Below are positions 1 through 13,545 of a DNA stretch of 64,000 nt, one piece after another. Both the position numbers and the translations under genes were made by a program. The notes beneath the pieces are model-generated. The model was not told the origin of the DNA, searched no databases, and worked only from the letters and a program-made list of their open reading frames with translations. This DNA is from Eledone cirrhosa (Eukaryota), in assembly GCA_964016885.1 (NCBI GenBank), contig OZ024744.1, positions 86,676,001-86,740,000 of the forward strand, written 5' to 3'. Position 1 is the first letter of the stretch, and the number at the start of each line of letters is the position of its first letter.

Positions 1-237
1 CGGTATTTGTCCTGGTAATGAATTCAAATACCACTATCGTCACCTTATACAGTAGACTTAATCTGTCACTAGATTTATCACTACCTATTGGCCCTTGGTT
101 GCCTTTAGCAGTGTTCGCTGTTTGGGAAGTATTTGGGTTTGTGTTGAGATATTGTTAAAATGTGATACCAGGCACAAATGCCTATCTTTGATGAGTTAAT
201 ATCTGTATACAGCAACTACAACGGCACTCGATGAGGC

Positions 238-355
238 CCACCCACAGCCCCGGCGGACAGAATGGAGAAGGCGTTTCCCCGGAGGACGGCAAGGGAGACG
301 CGCTGGAAAAGCCACTCCAACTCGCGGGGCTCACACCTGCGGCTGGCCAGATTTG
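238..355 (-). mobile_element. 3' fragment of an RLE-type (CRE-like) non-LTR retrotransposon
   Basis: Translates as LASRRCEPRELEWLFQRVSLAVLRGNAFSILS, the FQRxSxAxxRGNA C-terminal motif of restriction-like-endonuclease LINEs. Homologous to 49150-49330 and 53810-54020. Confidence 0.6.
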
Positions 356-574
356 GGTTATATCTACAGTTTGAGGATACATACTTCCCTTTCTCCATCA
401 CTGTCGCTGTCCTTAAGAAGTATCATAATCACTGCTCTTCCTTTCGAATAATCGATACATCAGAACTATAGAACGTTCACTGATCAAAAGAACTAATTTC
501 AACCAAATCATTGTTGCTGGTGTTATCTATAATTTATCTACAAGTTATTCTAATTTAGGGGTGAGAGAAAGTCG

Positions 575-690
575 AAACTTTGACCTCGGTACTTGACTAG
601 TACTTTATTTCATCGACCCCAAAAGGATAAAAGATTTGGTTGACATCGATGAAATTTAAACTCAGCACTTAAAGAACCAGAAAATCTAAA
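575..690 (-). mobile_element. tRNA-derived SINE (family S1), degenerate
   Basis: Core 'tactttattt catcgacccc aaaaggat...atttaaactcag' shared with 36030-36222 and 48619-48840. Confidence 0.6.
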
Positions 691-1929
691 TTGACATATC
701 CATTTCATAATAAGCTCAATCATCATCATCAGTAGTAACAGTATTAGCATAATTACCAGCATACGCAAACAACAATAACAGCCCCACTACTATCATCATC
801 AACACCATATCTCAAGTTCCTCTGTCGCTGTACAAAATCTTACACTATTAAAAATAGGAGGCTTCTACATGTCTTGCAAACAATAGCACCCAAATCACAC
901 ACGAATCGCGCAAAGACACATTTGCAAATGTTTTTTTTAGATAGACTTTAAGTAATTTAGCTTTCCAACAGTATAGTTTTTTCAACCTCTTATAAGACAT
1001 TGAAATCCTCTATATGTCGGTATCTCAGCCTAGGTAATTGACTTTTGATGATGGATAATATCCCCGAAATACATGTATACTGAACTTCTACACATATACC
1101 AAGATATCTGTGATATGATCACAGCTTAAAATACTCACATCAAGATTTGGTGTATATGTAACAAGTATACATTATATGAATATATATAAGCACTTTTATT
1201 CATAGACACAGTGCCTGGAAATGTGGATAGTCATAAGTGGAAGGTGTCTAGCTATAGGCTTCATCGTTCAGAGCCAATTTGCTCTAAACAAAAGTAGCTA
1301 TTACTGCTACATTTAATTCTCCTGTTAGAAAAAGCAGCTAAATCTCATGTAAATCATTATATGTTAACTTTAATAGAAGGGAGAATATATATGTATCCAC
1401 AATAATGGTGGCCAGGAAACGAATGCCTTAATTCTTGGAATGCTTTTAATTATAATCTGTTCAATCAACGCTGACCTGGTGCTAAACAGCAAAAATAATT
1501 ACGGTTTTGAAATAACAAAAGATCCTCTGTATGATCACCCAGTTTGCTATAAATAACGGCTAAATATCCTTCAAATCAAACCGACTTTTTTTTAGCAAAG
1601 CGCGCACTGGGTAATATTGTCGGATTAGTTTTGTGTGACGAACTTTATCTTTTATTTATTTATTTATTTATTTATTTGTTTACGTATTTCTTTACAGATG
1701 TAGTTTTTGCATGCTGGCTGGGGAAACCACAACCGTTTAGTGGAGAGATCCATAATAAGAATAGTTACAGCTCTTTGAATATTACAGTTGAAAGCAATAT
1801 TAGCCAATCAAAGCGAAATATTCTCTTCGCCTTCTTAAGAAAAAAATATAGTGTAATACACTTAAAGTTAAAGTTAAAATATGTCTCAAGACTGGAAGTT
1901 GATCAGATCAGATCTTGATCTTGTTTCAT

Positions 1930-2150
1930 TGGTGATATCCGACTGAGAGTACAACTGCCCCCGAACAGGACCCATATCCACTACAGGATAGCGTCTTAAC
2001 TAATAATGCTGTTGCTTATTTTCAGCTGATTTTACAAGATCGAGATGATGTGATGGATATTTCTCAAGAAAACAGCACGCCAACCGGTGGAGGAACTCAA
2101 GCGCACGACATAATGATCGTAGAGCATGACACCATAACAAATGACCGGTC
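1930..2150 (-). mobile_element. old tRNA-SINE-like remnant
   Basis: Minus strand has weak tRNA-head-like sequence followed by 'cttgagaaata...tcagctg'. Very degenerate. Confidence 0.3.
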
Positions 2151-2273
2151 AGTAATTTTGGCTACATTGATTTGTCCATGGACAATACCCGAATGAGAAT
2201 GCCTTCTCCTCCTGCCTACTTTTCTATCTATCCATCAAACCATCCATTCATCTCTTTCTTTCACTCTCTCTTT

Positions 2274-2385
<112 letters not shown>

Positions 2386-2399
2386 GTGTGTGTGTGTGA

Positions 2400-2515
2400 G
2401 TCTTTGGTTCTATGTTTCATTCAAAAGAAATTAACTCGGCTTATTAGATGATTTCTTTTGAATGAAACAGTTTTAGTCCTGTACAAACCATTTCTATATC
2501 AAACATGATATATTC
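2400..2515 (+). mobile_element. remnant of hammerhead-bearing repeat family F
   Basis: 'gatgatttcttttgaatgaaacagttttagtcctgtac' matches 52858-52910, 36499-36770 and 53263-53320. Confidence 0.55.
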
Positions 2516-2521
2516 ATACAC

Positions 2522-2653
<132 letters not shown>

Positions 2654-2684
2654 GCACACACACACACATACACACACACACGCG

Positions 2685-2731
<47 letters not shown>

Positions 2732-2784
2732 TTTTTTTTAAAAACTTTATAAATAACAATCAAAGAGTGTTTAAATCATTTAAT

Positions 2785-2831
2785 CACTTACGATCGTTTC
2801 ATCCTAGCACGAGGGCGCTTTCATCGGAGTA
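2785..2831 (-). ncRNA. minimal type-I hammerhead ribozyme (U4->C variant)
   Basis: Minus strand: TACT-CCGATGA-a-AGCGC-cctc-GTGCT-aggat-GAAA-CGATCG-TA-AGTG. Stems I, II and palindromic III are present; the cleavage triplet is GUA. Confidence 0.7.
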
Positions 2832-3031
2832 TAAAATAAAGGTTGAAACATAAATATAAAATCAGAAGTTTGTCTTCCGAACATTAGGAGGATACATAAT
2901 GTGGGAAGTAAGCATAAATATCAACATTTATGTAAGAAAAGATAGTAATGCGGAAGAGGCATATGAATAATATGAGCTTGTAAATACAATAAAATAAAAT
3001 TAGCAGCATTAAAAATAAAAAAAGCATGTAT

Positions 3032-3119
<88 letters not shown>

Positions 3120-3446
3120 ATAAATATGATGGCTGCCCCCTCTTTATCGACTAAGGCCCTGCACATATACATACACATGCACCCATGTATATACACATAT
3201 ACATACATATGTACATGTGTATATACATATTTACACCTTTTCGGATGGCCGTTGACTCTTTTGAGTTCTTCCGCCCTTTGTCAGGTTTTGTTTTTTGTCC
3301 TGCAGTGTGTCCCAAATCACCCTCCTCACGAAGTAAACTTGGTGGAGTTGCCGGTTTAGTCGCCGACGACCTGACCATTCGATAGGTTGTACTGGGTTAC
3401 ATGTTACCAGTAGCACTCAAGAGTTACCCGGCACACACACACACAC

Positions 3447-3484
<38 letters not shown>

Positions 3485-3490
<6 letters not shown>

Positions 3491-3710
3491 ATACTTTGGG
3501 AGGGTCATGTTGCCAATAAGAAACACACGCACCAGTTGCTTTCACTTCAATTTATTATATATTTATAAATTTATAAATTTACAAATTTACAAACTTATAA
3601 ATTTCTGGTTGTGTGTTTCTTATTGGCAACATGACCCTCCCAAAGTATAACAATATCGGTTTCAACACACGATTTCAGATAAAGAATCTTGCTAAACAAA
3701 TTCAGAAACG

Positions 3711-3712
<2 letters not shown>
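3485..3712. mobile_element. fold-back Penelope-like pLTR remnant in (TA)n (family A)
   Basis: Arms 'ttgttatactttgggagggtcatgttgccaataagaaacac' and its reverse complement, plus a ~55-bp tail. Homologous to the termini of the Penelope at 20868-23840 and to 39588-40045. Confidence 0.7.
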
Positions 3713-3769
<57 letters not shown>

Positions 3770-4162
3770 CACGAATACGCATATATATATATGTATATTT
3801 TATATATGTATATATATATATACATATATATAAAGTGAGATTATTTGTTGTTACCATTTACTGTATTTCTTTTTGTTGATAAGGAAGAAGTTGAAAGGAA
3901 AGATGTATTCTCGTTGGTTAACATTACTTTAAAATGTCTTCCTTAATGACTTATAGGTTCATCCAAAACTAATAGTAAATTTCTTAATCATAATGTAAAT
4001 TTAGGTTTCTGTAGAAAATTAGAAAAATATCTCAAAATTAAGGTCTGTGTACGGAAAAAGACCAGTATTGTCATAATTGGAATACATTACACAATAAAGC
4101 TGTATGACTTGAATCTAAAGAAAATTAATTACTTATATCACTAGTATTACCAAGAAACATGA

Positions 4163-4365
4163 TAGGCTGATTGGCAGAATCGTTAGAGCGTCGGTCACAA
4201 TTTCGCATGGCATTCAGTTCTGGGGGTCAAGTCAATTCCCATGTTTCCACTTTCCAGATGTCGATAAAATAAAACAACAAACAAACAAACAAACATTTAT
4301 TGAGGTCGACTCATCCCTCTTGTCATAATTGCTGACCTTGTGCCTAATATAGAAATTATTATTAC
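4163..4365 (+). mobile_element. tRNA-derived SINE (family S1)
   Basis: A-box-like 'ggctgattggcagaatcgttag', 'gtcgataaaataaa' core, and 3' end 'ccttgtgcctaatatagaaattattatt'. Confidence 0.5.
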
Positions 4366-4823
4366 CTACAACATAACAAGAACAATAACAAGATGACTTT
4401 ATTCTCCTCCCTCGTCATCGCCCCTAGCAGCAACGACACCACATCACAACTACCATTATCATTTCTACAATTCTATCCGGGTCCCATTGTTCTGTATCAC
4501 CATCAACACCGCTACCACAACTGTCACCACCACCACCACCACCACTACACAATAACCACCAACATGCGGCGAAAGGTTCACTTAATCTTCAACTTCACTC
4601 TCCCCAATACCCACCACCCCTTCCTCTTTTGCTCTCATCTCGCCAATATCGGCATCATCAACCCCATCCTTGTTCTCCCACCAATTTTCTGTTTCGTCGT
4701 GATGACGGTCAACTAAACACGGCAAATCCTTTTCTGCACCTCCATTAGCTGAACAAACTCTGTCCCCTTCTCTCTTCTCTCACCTCAATCTTCTCCCACC
4801 GTTTCTCACCCTCCTTTTCCGTT

Positions 4824-4888
<65 letters not shown>

Positions 4889-5341
4889 ATAATATATATG
4901 GGTGTGTGTGTGTGTGTGTATATATAAGTATATAAATATGTATACATACGTGTACATATATATATGGATGTATACATTCATCATTATCCTCTCCCTTCCA
5001 CCTGCTACTTCACCCATTAAACAAAATTTTACGCTTCACTAAAGATAGCTTTCTTTCTCTATAGTATTTTTTATTTGGTTATGTACTTCTTCAGTTTGTA
5101 GCTGTTTCTTCTTATTTGTTTCCTTGTTTGATTTATTTTTGGTTTTCTTTCGGTACGTTTAGTATACTGTTGATTTTGTTTCCTTTTTTTTCTTACTTGT
5201 ATTTTATTTTGTTTTCGTTCAGCCAGTCAAATGTATTTTAAACTTTTTTACATTGTTTTTTTTTCTTCTTCTTTTTTTTATATATTTGTACTTCCAGCTG
5301 TCTGTTTGACTGTCTGACAGACTGAGAGTCGAGAGTTTACC

Positions 5342-5463
<122 letters not shown>

Positions 5464-5522
5464 TATTATTACTATTTCTATATATATTTATTATTACTAT
5501 ATATATATATATTTATTATTAT

Positions 5523-5552
<30 letters not shown>

Positions 5553-5556
<4 letters not shown>

Positions 5557-5753
5557 ATAATAATAAATTTGAAGACTAAAATCCAAAGAGGGCTCATATC
5601 AAATATATAAGAACCGTAGAGCAAATATTTATTAAACTAACAGATTAAAGTTTAAGCAAAGAATCGCTGCTTTCACCCTTAACGGGATCTTCAGAAGATC
5701 CCGTTAAGGGTGAAAGCAGCGATTCTTTGCTTAAACTTTAATCTGGTATTTTA

Positions 5754-5760
<7 letters not shown>
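5553..5760. mobile_element. fold-back hammerhead-bearing element in (TA)n (family B)
   Basis: Near-perfect palindrome 5626-5760 centred ~5693 plus tail 5553-5625. Other copies at 19638-19799, 40414-40582 and a piece at 44653-44704. Confidence 0.75.
5669..5694 (-). ncRNA. hammerhead ribozyme core (stem I lost at the fold-back junction)
   Basis: Minus strand: CTGAAGA-t-CCC-gttaa-GGG-t-GAAA-gc. Confidence 0.6.
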
Positions 5761-5835
<75 letters not shown>

Positions 5836-5839
5836 TTAC

Positions 5840-5903
<64 letters not shown>

Positions 5904-5906
<3 letters not shown>

Positions 5907-7506
5907 CGCCGATGACGTAACAGTAATGGTGTCGACGGCCTCGGAAATCAGGGCGATCGGCACCTTACTGGAGGAGTACGAAAGGTTTACAGGGGCTAAG
6001 CTGAACCGGGACAAGTCGATCGGTCTGCAACTCGGCACGTGGAGGGGCAGATCGATGCCCTCCGATGGCGTCGTCGGGCGCTGGACGGAGGGCCCGGTGA
6101 AGTTGCTCGGGGTCTGGTTCGGACCAGACCTCCAGGTGGAGAAGAACTGGGGTGAGGTGACGAACAGGGTGTTTGCACTGACCCAGAAGTGGGCCGAGTG
6201 CAAACTGTCCCTGAAAGGACGGGCGGAGGTGGCGAACACTTATATAGCGTCCGTCATCTACTACCGCCTGACCGTTCTGCCTTGCCCAAGGGAAACGCTC
6301 GCCAAAATGGAGCGCGTACTCTTCCAATTCCTTTGGAAGAAGCGGGCTCCTATGGTGAGGAGATCCATCTGCTGTCAACACCCTTCGAAAGGAGGGCTGG
6401 GGATGCCGTGGCTAATGATACGTAAACACGCATTAAGGCTACGGCACCTTCAGGTATTCCTCTCCGGTCAACCGGTGTGGGCCCCGTTTGTGAGGCGAGC
6501 CTTTCCCAGACTCGTCTCACTCACCGAGCTGCAATCCTGGGTCAAGCAAAGACCGAGAAAACTGGGCGCCTGGCACACCGAGTGTGCCTAGGCACTCACG
6601 GCTCTCTGGCAGGCGGACCTGGCTGTCAGTGGAGAATCCACCTCGTCATTCTATAGAGGGCTGGTGGTTAGCAGGTGCGACGACGCCCTCGGAGAAGCCC
6701 TAGGCATGGAGGAAGACGAACTGGCCAACCTGTTCGGTAGGACATTCAGCCCGGGACCCATGGATAACTTCCAGAGGTCCCTGGCCTGGCAATGCTACAG
6801 AAGGGCTCTGCCCGTTCGAGAAAGGCTCTACAGATGCGTGTGCGACGAGGAAACCGTTGCACACGCATTGGTACACTGCTCGGGCATTGCCGATCTGTGG
6901 GGTTATGTCGAACAACTGCTGTCAAGGGTGGGACCAATCCGGTTGACCACCGAGTCTATTGTAACGATCAAGCCGCCTCTCCTCTTCAAAAACGAAGGAG
7001 AGGCGGTGTTTCTGTGCGTAATAGCCATGGCGAAAGAGGTTGTATGGTGGACGCGTCTGAAAGGACTGAGGTCAGACACCTTTCTCTCTGGCCAACAACT
7101 GGTCCGTTTCTTCCGATATCATTTCGGAAGAAGGATCAGGATGGAGAGAGAGGTGCTGCACCCCAGCCGTTTCTCTGAAAGATGGGTGAAAGTGGCGAGA
7201 ATGGCCCGTGTGAATGGGCCTTCACTCTACACCAGACTATAGGTGAGGAAGATGAAAGACCAAGGGAGCACCCCTTCTCTATGCTCCTGAGGAGAAGGGT
7301 TGCACACTTTTTTCGGGGGTGTGTGCGACCCACCAAGGCGCCTCCTCTCTATTGAGGACTTTGTTATAAATTTTATTTTTTGTTATATTTTATTTTATTT
7401 TTATATATTGTTATTGCCTCCTCCTTATTGAGGACGCCTTGTTTTGTAAACTCCCCCCATTGTACTTGTCCCACTTTTGATGCCCTGGTGGCAAATAAAA
7501 GAAACA
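5904..7506 (+). mobile_element. 5'-truncated Tx1/L1-clade LINE inside (TATC)n
   Basis: Starts at YADDVTV (RT catalytic motif) and contains GAKLNRDKS, KLLGVWF, LSLKGR, KGGLG and ETVAHALVHC. Premature stop at 6591, AATAAA near 7495, (TATC)n on both sides. Confidence 0.9.
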
Positions 7507-7580
<74 letters not shown>

Positions 7581-7586
7581 GGATAG

Positions 7587-7725
7587 CTTTAGTTCGGATC
7601 TAGCTGTCGAAACGGCCGGAGCTCAGCCGTCGGAGTCCTGAATCTTTTAATATTACCCACTCTACTACCCCAAGTATTGAGTACTCTGGTGGATTATGGC
7701 GCACCTGGTATTCTACGTCACTCTA
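7587..7725 (+). mobile_element. short repeat fragment (family G) with the GAAAC half of a possible hammerhead
   Basis: 'cgaaacggc...gtcctgaa...tattacccactctactac...gagtactctggt...cacctggt' is homologous to the reverse complement of 40235-40385. Confidence 0.5.
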
Positions 7726-7732
7726 TCTGATC

Positions 7733-7805
<73 letters not shown>

Positions 7806-8695
7806 AGTGGAGACTCCACTTCGTCATTCTATAGAGGGTTGGTCAGCAGCAAGTGCGACGACACGCTCGGAGAAACTCTAGGCGTAGAGGAGGACGAACT
7901 GGCCAGTCTGTTCGGTAGGACCTTCCGTCAGGAACCAATGGACAACTTCCAAACATCCCTGGCCTGGCAATGCTACCGAGGAGCTCTACCAGTTCGAGAC
8001 AAGCTCTACAGACACGGGCGCCTGGGTAGGGACCCTTCGAAAAAGATCTGTCCGAGATGCGTGCGCGACGAGGAAACCGTCGCGCATGTATTTGTACACT
8101 GCCCGGGCGTTTCCGACCTGTGGGGCTATGTAGAACGACTATTGTCGCGGGTAGGACCAATCCAGTTGACCACCAAGTCCATTGTCATGATCAAACCGCC
8201 ACCCTCTTTCAAAAACGAGGGAGAGGCGGTTTTCCTATGTGTTATGGCTATGGTGAAAAAGGTTATATGGTGGACGAGGTTAAAAGGGCTGAGGTCAGAC
8301 ACCTTTCTCTTCGGCCAACAACTGATTCGTTTTTTCAAATATCATTTTGGAAGAAGAATCAGGATGGAGAGAGAGGTGCTGTACCCCAGCAAATTTTATA
8401 AAAGGTGGGTGAATGTGGCAAAGATGGCCCGAGTGGTTGGGCCTTCTCTCTATATAAGCCTGTAGGTTGAGGAAATAGAAGAGAGGGAGGGAGTACTCAC
8501 TCTTGGTGCTCCTGGAGATGAGTGTTGTACATTTTTTCGGGGTGTGTACAACCCCTGTGTAACACCTCCCCACTATTGGGGATTTCAATTGTTATTTGTT
8601 ATTTTATTAATAGTTTTATTTTCATATACCTGTATGTAAACTCCCCATTTGTATTTGTCCCCTTCTTTTGTGCCCTTGTGGCTAATAACGAAATG
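7806..8695 (+). mobile_element. second 5'-truncated Tx1/L1-clade LINE inside (TATC)n
   Basis: C-terminal CPRC...ETVAHVFVHC zinc knuckle and a 3' UTR paralogous to copy 1; flanked by (TATC)n. Confidence 0.9.
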
Positions 8696-8719
8696 TATCT
8701 ATCTATCTATCTATATATA

Positions 8720-8782
<63 letters not shown>

Positions 8783-9518
8783 TTACCCATCTATCTATCT
8801 ATCTATCGATCGGTTGATCTATCTGTTAATTTCATATATCATGGTCTAATATTTGTCTCCTTGTCGCTCACTTACCTTCTCTCTCGCTCCTTTCTGCCTC
8901 TCCTTATATCTTTCTATCTATGTCTAACTCAGTTTCAAAGGCGTGTTTGTTGTTGTTCTTATAGTTGTTGTTGTTGATAAGTCCCAATCCAAACCTTTTT
9001 CGACACACGTACGCCGAACGCATTCCAATCGTTACCATCCAGTTTTTCTTCATTTCTAAGAGAAAAACATGTCTACATTACCCAATGTCCTTTATCAGTG
9101 CAGGTAAGATGTGAATTACAGGAGAATATGTTGTTGTTTTAAGCAAGCAACATGAGCAAGCAGAAGCTTTTGACTTGACTCCATGGTGTGATTGAATTCT
9201 TGGTTTGATTCTTTTTTTCTTCTTTTTTTTTTCTAGGGTGTTGAGGATTTGATAGATATTATACGGTAATGCTGGGCAATCCCTGACAGACAGCAGAAAA
9301 CACCTTTATTCATGATTCAGGCTACTCTAAATGTAAATAAAATTACAAAAGAACTGGCGAAACATAGTCTGCTAAAATATAAATAAATATCTTGTAATTA
9401 TTGAAATACAAAATTTTAATAGAATTTGTAATCGATTGTAAAATATATATATGAGCGACATTGTAACAATGACGTGGTAAAAATCTTTTCTTTCTAGATA
9501 ACGCTATGTATGCAATTA

Positions 9519-9790
9519 TGGCTGAGTGTATAAGATGGTGGCATCGAAATATATGAAGTTCTGGGTTCACTCCCATTGCATGTCATCTTGGGCAAGTTTC
9601 TTCACAATTGCCTCAAGTCAATCCATGACTTGTAAATTAAATTGGGTAGACGGATAAGCCTTGTCATATATTGATTCTGTCTTGCTGATTCGGCTTGCGA
9701 ATTAATTACATAAGTGTTACACGTGTCTGTGGAACACTCAAGCACTTACACGTTAATTTACGAGTAAGACGTTTACTTGATCACATAATA
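9519..9790 (+). mobile_element. tRNA-derived SINE (family S2-like)
   Basis: A box 'tggctgagtg', B box 'gggttcactccc', then a 'cttgggcaag' central-domain motif. Confidence 0.55.
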
Positions 9791-9827
9791 GAATCTTCAT
9801 TGTCGAAACCGACAGAGAATCCAGAAC

Positions 9828-9858
9828 CATCATCATCAACATCATTATCATCACCATC

Positions 9859-9890
<32 letters not shown>

Positions 9891-9917
9891 CACCACCATC
9901 ATCATCATCACCATCAC

Positions 9918-9951
<34 letters not shown>

Positions 9952-10020
9952 GCCACCCTCCTCCTCCTCCTCATCCTCATCATCATCGCCATCGCCATCA
10001 TCATCATCAACTTTATCATC
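9828..10020. repeat. (CAT/CAC/CCT)n compound trinucleotide repeat
   Basis: Direct inspection. Confidence 0.9.
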
Positions 10021-10209
10021 TTGTGATAGCCATGTTGTAAAAAATGCTTGCTTGCAAAATGCGTACTTTCGGAACCTATGGGACATAGTGGGCTAGTATC
10101 ATCTACTGTTCCAATTTAACTTCGAATTTCTCTTGAGTTGACCCTGTTAAACGGAAATTGCGCAGAAGAGCATATTACACACTAATATACACGCATAAAC
10201 CCATACACA

Positions 10210-10530
10210 CAGACCCATAAAATAGAATTCTAATTTTATTTATAGTTTTCGGCAAGGCCATCCGTAACTCACGCGGTATGCAAATGAGGCTACTCAGCCG
10301 ATGTGTACTTAAGAAAATGCTACATATTTTCAACAGTTCAACAGACTGGCAGAGGTATACAGTCCTGATGAAGGGTAATGACCCAGAAACATGTTGATTG
10401 TTCTTCGGTGTCAGTTTTGAACTAACAGATGACAATTTGTAATCGGCATGGCATAGTTTTGATCGGGTCGTTTGTTTACAAACGAATCGAACATTATTGT
10501 TGATGTTCGATACAACCCATTCGTACATAT
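10210..10530 (+). mobile_element. non-coding hammerhead-bearing element (family C), diverged relative of 54930-55380
   Basis: Colinear similarity: ATGCAAAT, ggct.ctcagccg, hammerhead, 'tgtcagt.ttgaac', 'ttacaaac.aa.cga.cattat', 'aacccat.cgtacatat'. Confidence 0.65.
10359..10401 (+). ncRNA. minimal type-I hammerhead ribozyme, complete
   Basis: ACAGTC-CTGATGA-a-GGGT-aatg-ACCC-a-GAAA-CATG-TT-GATTGT. Stem I is 6 bp with one G:U, stem II is 4 bp, stem III is palindromic, and the GUU cleavage site follows 10395. Confidence 0.85.
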
Positions 10531-11378
10531 GTATATGTATAAAGTCATGTGATAGCAGGGGAAAATTACTCCTGTGGTAGAACGCCTTGGATAATAGGGA
10601 ACAAGAATTGCCGACGAAGGGACCTCCAGATCCATCGGGAAAATGTACATATTACTTGCATATGCATTCTACAACTCGAGGAGTAGCTTCTCAGGGTCCC
10701 AGAAACTTCTCGAAGATTTTTATCGATTTCTATCGATTCTAATCGTCTCGAGATGTTCCACGCGTTTGTATTTATTGTTGTTGCGGTACAAACTATGGCT
10801 ACATGCATTTTGTTGCTTTATTGGCGTCACCCTTTCTTAACTTTGGGTTTACACTGGACTCTAACAACTATAAACTTCTCGCACCATTGAGGGCTGTGTC
10901 ACCACCTCAACCAAATCGATTAATATCTGATATATTGCGGCTATAACATCAATTCAAACCCAATATTTTATATCTATATATATAAAACTGATGTGTGTCC
11001 TCATTTTTGCAAAGTCTATACAAATCCACATTTCTACACCGATTGACTTCAAACTTGCATTTATATATTCCTTGCAGTCTAAAAATATTGACTGCAGCTT
11101 TTATTTTTCAATTTTCTGTTGTTAAAGTGGTGTTAGGCGCTGGTTATCCATCTCCGTCGCGCTCTTATAATATCTGCCTGTATGCCTGGCTGTCTGCATT
11201 ATGACGTGTTATGTTCGTTATTATCCGTTCATTGCCATCTTCACGAACCAAAGTATCGTCTTCCTGTTTTCCTTCGGTTGCAACGTTTTTCGAAATATTT
11301 ACTTCTGCGTTCACAGATTGATGCTTTTAGTTTCAGAAGATGCCGTTAGGGATGAAAGCAACGATTCTTTTATATTAA

Positions 11379-11880
11379 TCTATATATGTATATATATAAA
11401 ACTGAGGACGGATGTATGTATGTATGTGTGTATGTGTGAGTGTGTGTGTGTGAAACCCGAGAAGTACCCAACCGATCTTTTTCAAACTTTAAATGTGTAT
11501 CACTTATATTTCAGGAAGTGTTCTGGACATAGAAAATTCTACTTTTTGATCCCCTAGGGCCCGCATTAGGTGAAAAACTTCATTTTTTTCAGCTTTTTAG
11601 GGCTTTTTTGAGGCGTTACGTCTAGCCGATTTTCCCGAAATTTTAAAGCATATTATACATATGAAAAAATTCATTTTCTTGATCCCCTAGGGCCCGCATT
11701 TGGTGAAAACCTGCCTTTTTCCTGCTTAATCGAGGAAAATCTTAGATTATCCAGCCATCAAAGTATTCGGTTTATTTTCTTTACATATTGTCCAGGCATG
11801 CAGTTTTTCCACGATTAGGTCTGTTCGCGGCCCGCGTTCCAAAATACCTTATCCCGTGCAACGCCGGGTACCATTGCTAG
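11379..11880 (+). mobile_element. non-autonomous Helitron
   Basis: A|TC 5' end 'tctatatat...ataaaactgagg'; 3' hairpin 'cccgtgcaacgccggg' followed by CTAG|T. Confidence 0.75.
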
Positions 11881-11968
11881 TATATGTATATATACATATG
11901 TGTGTGTGTTTGTGTGTTTCGACGTGCGTATCTGTGTGTCTGTGTGTACGTTTAGGCGGGTCTGTACA

Positions 11969-12012
<44 letters not shown>

Positions 12013-12326
12013 ATTACATATATATATATGTTTGCTTGTGCATACATGTGTGTGTGGCAATGTAGGCGAGAGGCTGTGTATGTGCGGCAGAGTAAGTGTG
12101 TGTGTGTGAAGTAGTAGTAGTATATATGGGTGTGTAGTACTCAAAGCATGAAAGTGTACTCGTCTTATATTTTTATCACATTTTTTTATTCCTATTTTCG
12201 CATGAATTCCTTGCATTTTGTTTGGAAGAGCCGGCAAAAGATATTAAAGACTTATTCAAACAAACGTAGTATACAAACACACACGTACTCACACACATAC
12301 ATATACACAAACACACTCATACACTC

Positions 12327-12403
<77 letters not shown>

Positions 12404-13114
12404 CATAATATATATATTTACATGCATACATATACATATATATATATATGCGTGTATATATATTTGTGTAAAAGCATATAAAAGCATAAAGATAAACACG
12501 CATGCATACATGCATACAAGCACACAGACATGCATGCATATATACATATATACATACATATATACGTACAGTCACACATATATATAAATACATGCATACA
12601 TATATACATATATGCATGCATGCACATATGTATACATATATACACACATGTACATATACACACATATATAAATGCATAGACTTACACATTCACTGTACAT
12701 TTCTTACCATTTTAATCTTCACCATAACACTTAAATGCCATTTGCCGGCCCTCACACGAAATGCTTACGTCTCAATATATCTGTCATTGCAAGTTGCTTA
12801 CCTACGATTACTAACAGAACAGTCGGCATTAACACCCTATGTCATGTCCGTTTGATCCCTAAGGATAAACAATAGTCTCGAATTGAGCCAGCCTGATTAA
12901 TATCTGAACAGGCAGATTCGTTCAGCCCAAACATTCACCAGAAAGGATTTTTATTTCCCCACATCTTGATCTAACAAAAATGACCAGTTAGAAGCTTTTA
13001 GTGGTGATAAAAGCTAGTGGAATGGTTCATAAAATCCTTAGGAATGTCAGCAACGCCTTTCTCTATAGTCTAGTTGTCTCTTCTCTTTCTTTTTATTTCA
13101 ATATGTAAATGGAC

Positions 13115-13155
<41 letters not shown>

Positions 13156-13195
13156 ACACGCACACACACACTCACACACACATATATATATATAC

Positions 13196-13236
<41 letters not shown>

Positions 13237-13253
13237 CACATATATATATATAC

Positions 13254-13340
<87 letters not shown>

Positions 13341-13347
<7 letters not shown>

Positions 13348-13500
13348 AAGTGAGTCCTTCATCAGTGACCCTCCAACTGTCCTCGGCATTTCATCGCTTT
13401 ATTAAAGCGATGAAATGCCGAGGACGGTTGGAGGGTCACTGATGAAGGACTCACTTTTTCATATGTATCCCATTTGCAACGCCGCAGCTCCATTATTATC
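13341..13500. mobile_element. ~120-bp palindrome plus tail in (TA)n, with CTGATGA on both arms
   Basis: Centre ~13402. The same peptide [16 protein letters not shown] reads on both strands; CTGATGA at 13439 has no downstream GAAA. Confidence 0.65.
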
Positions 13501-13544
<44 letters not shown>

Positions 13545-13545
<1 letters not shown>

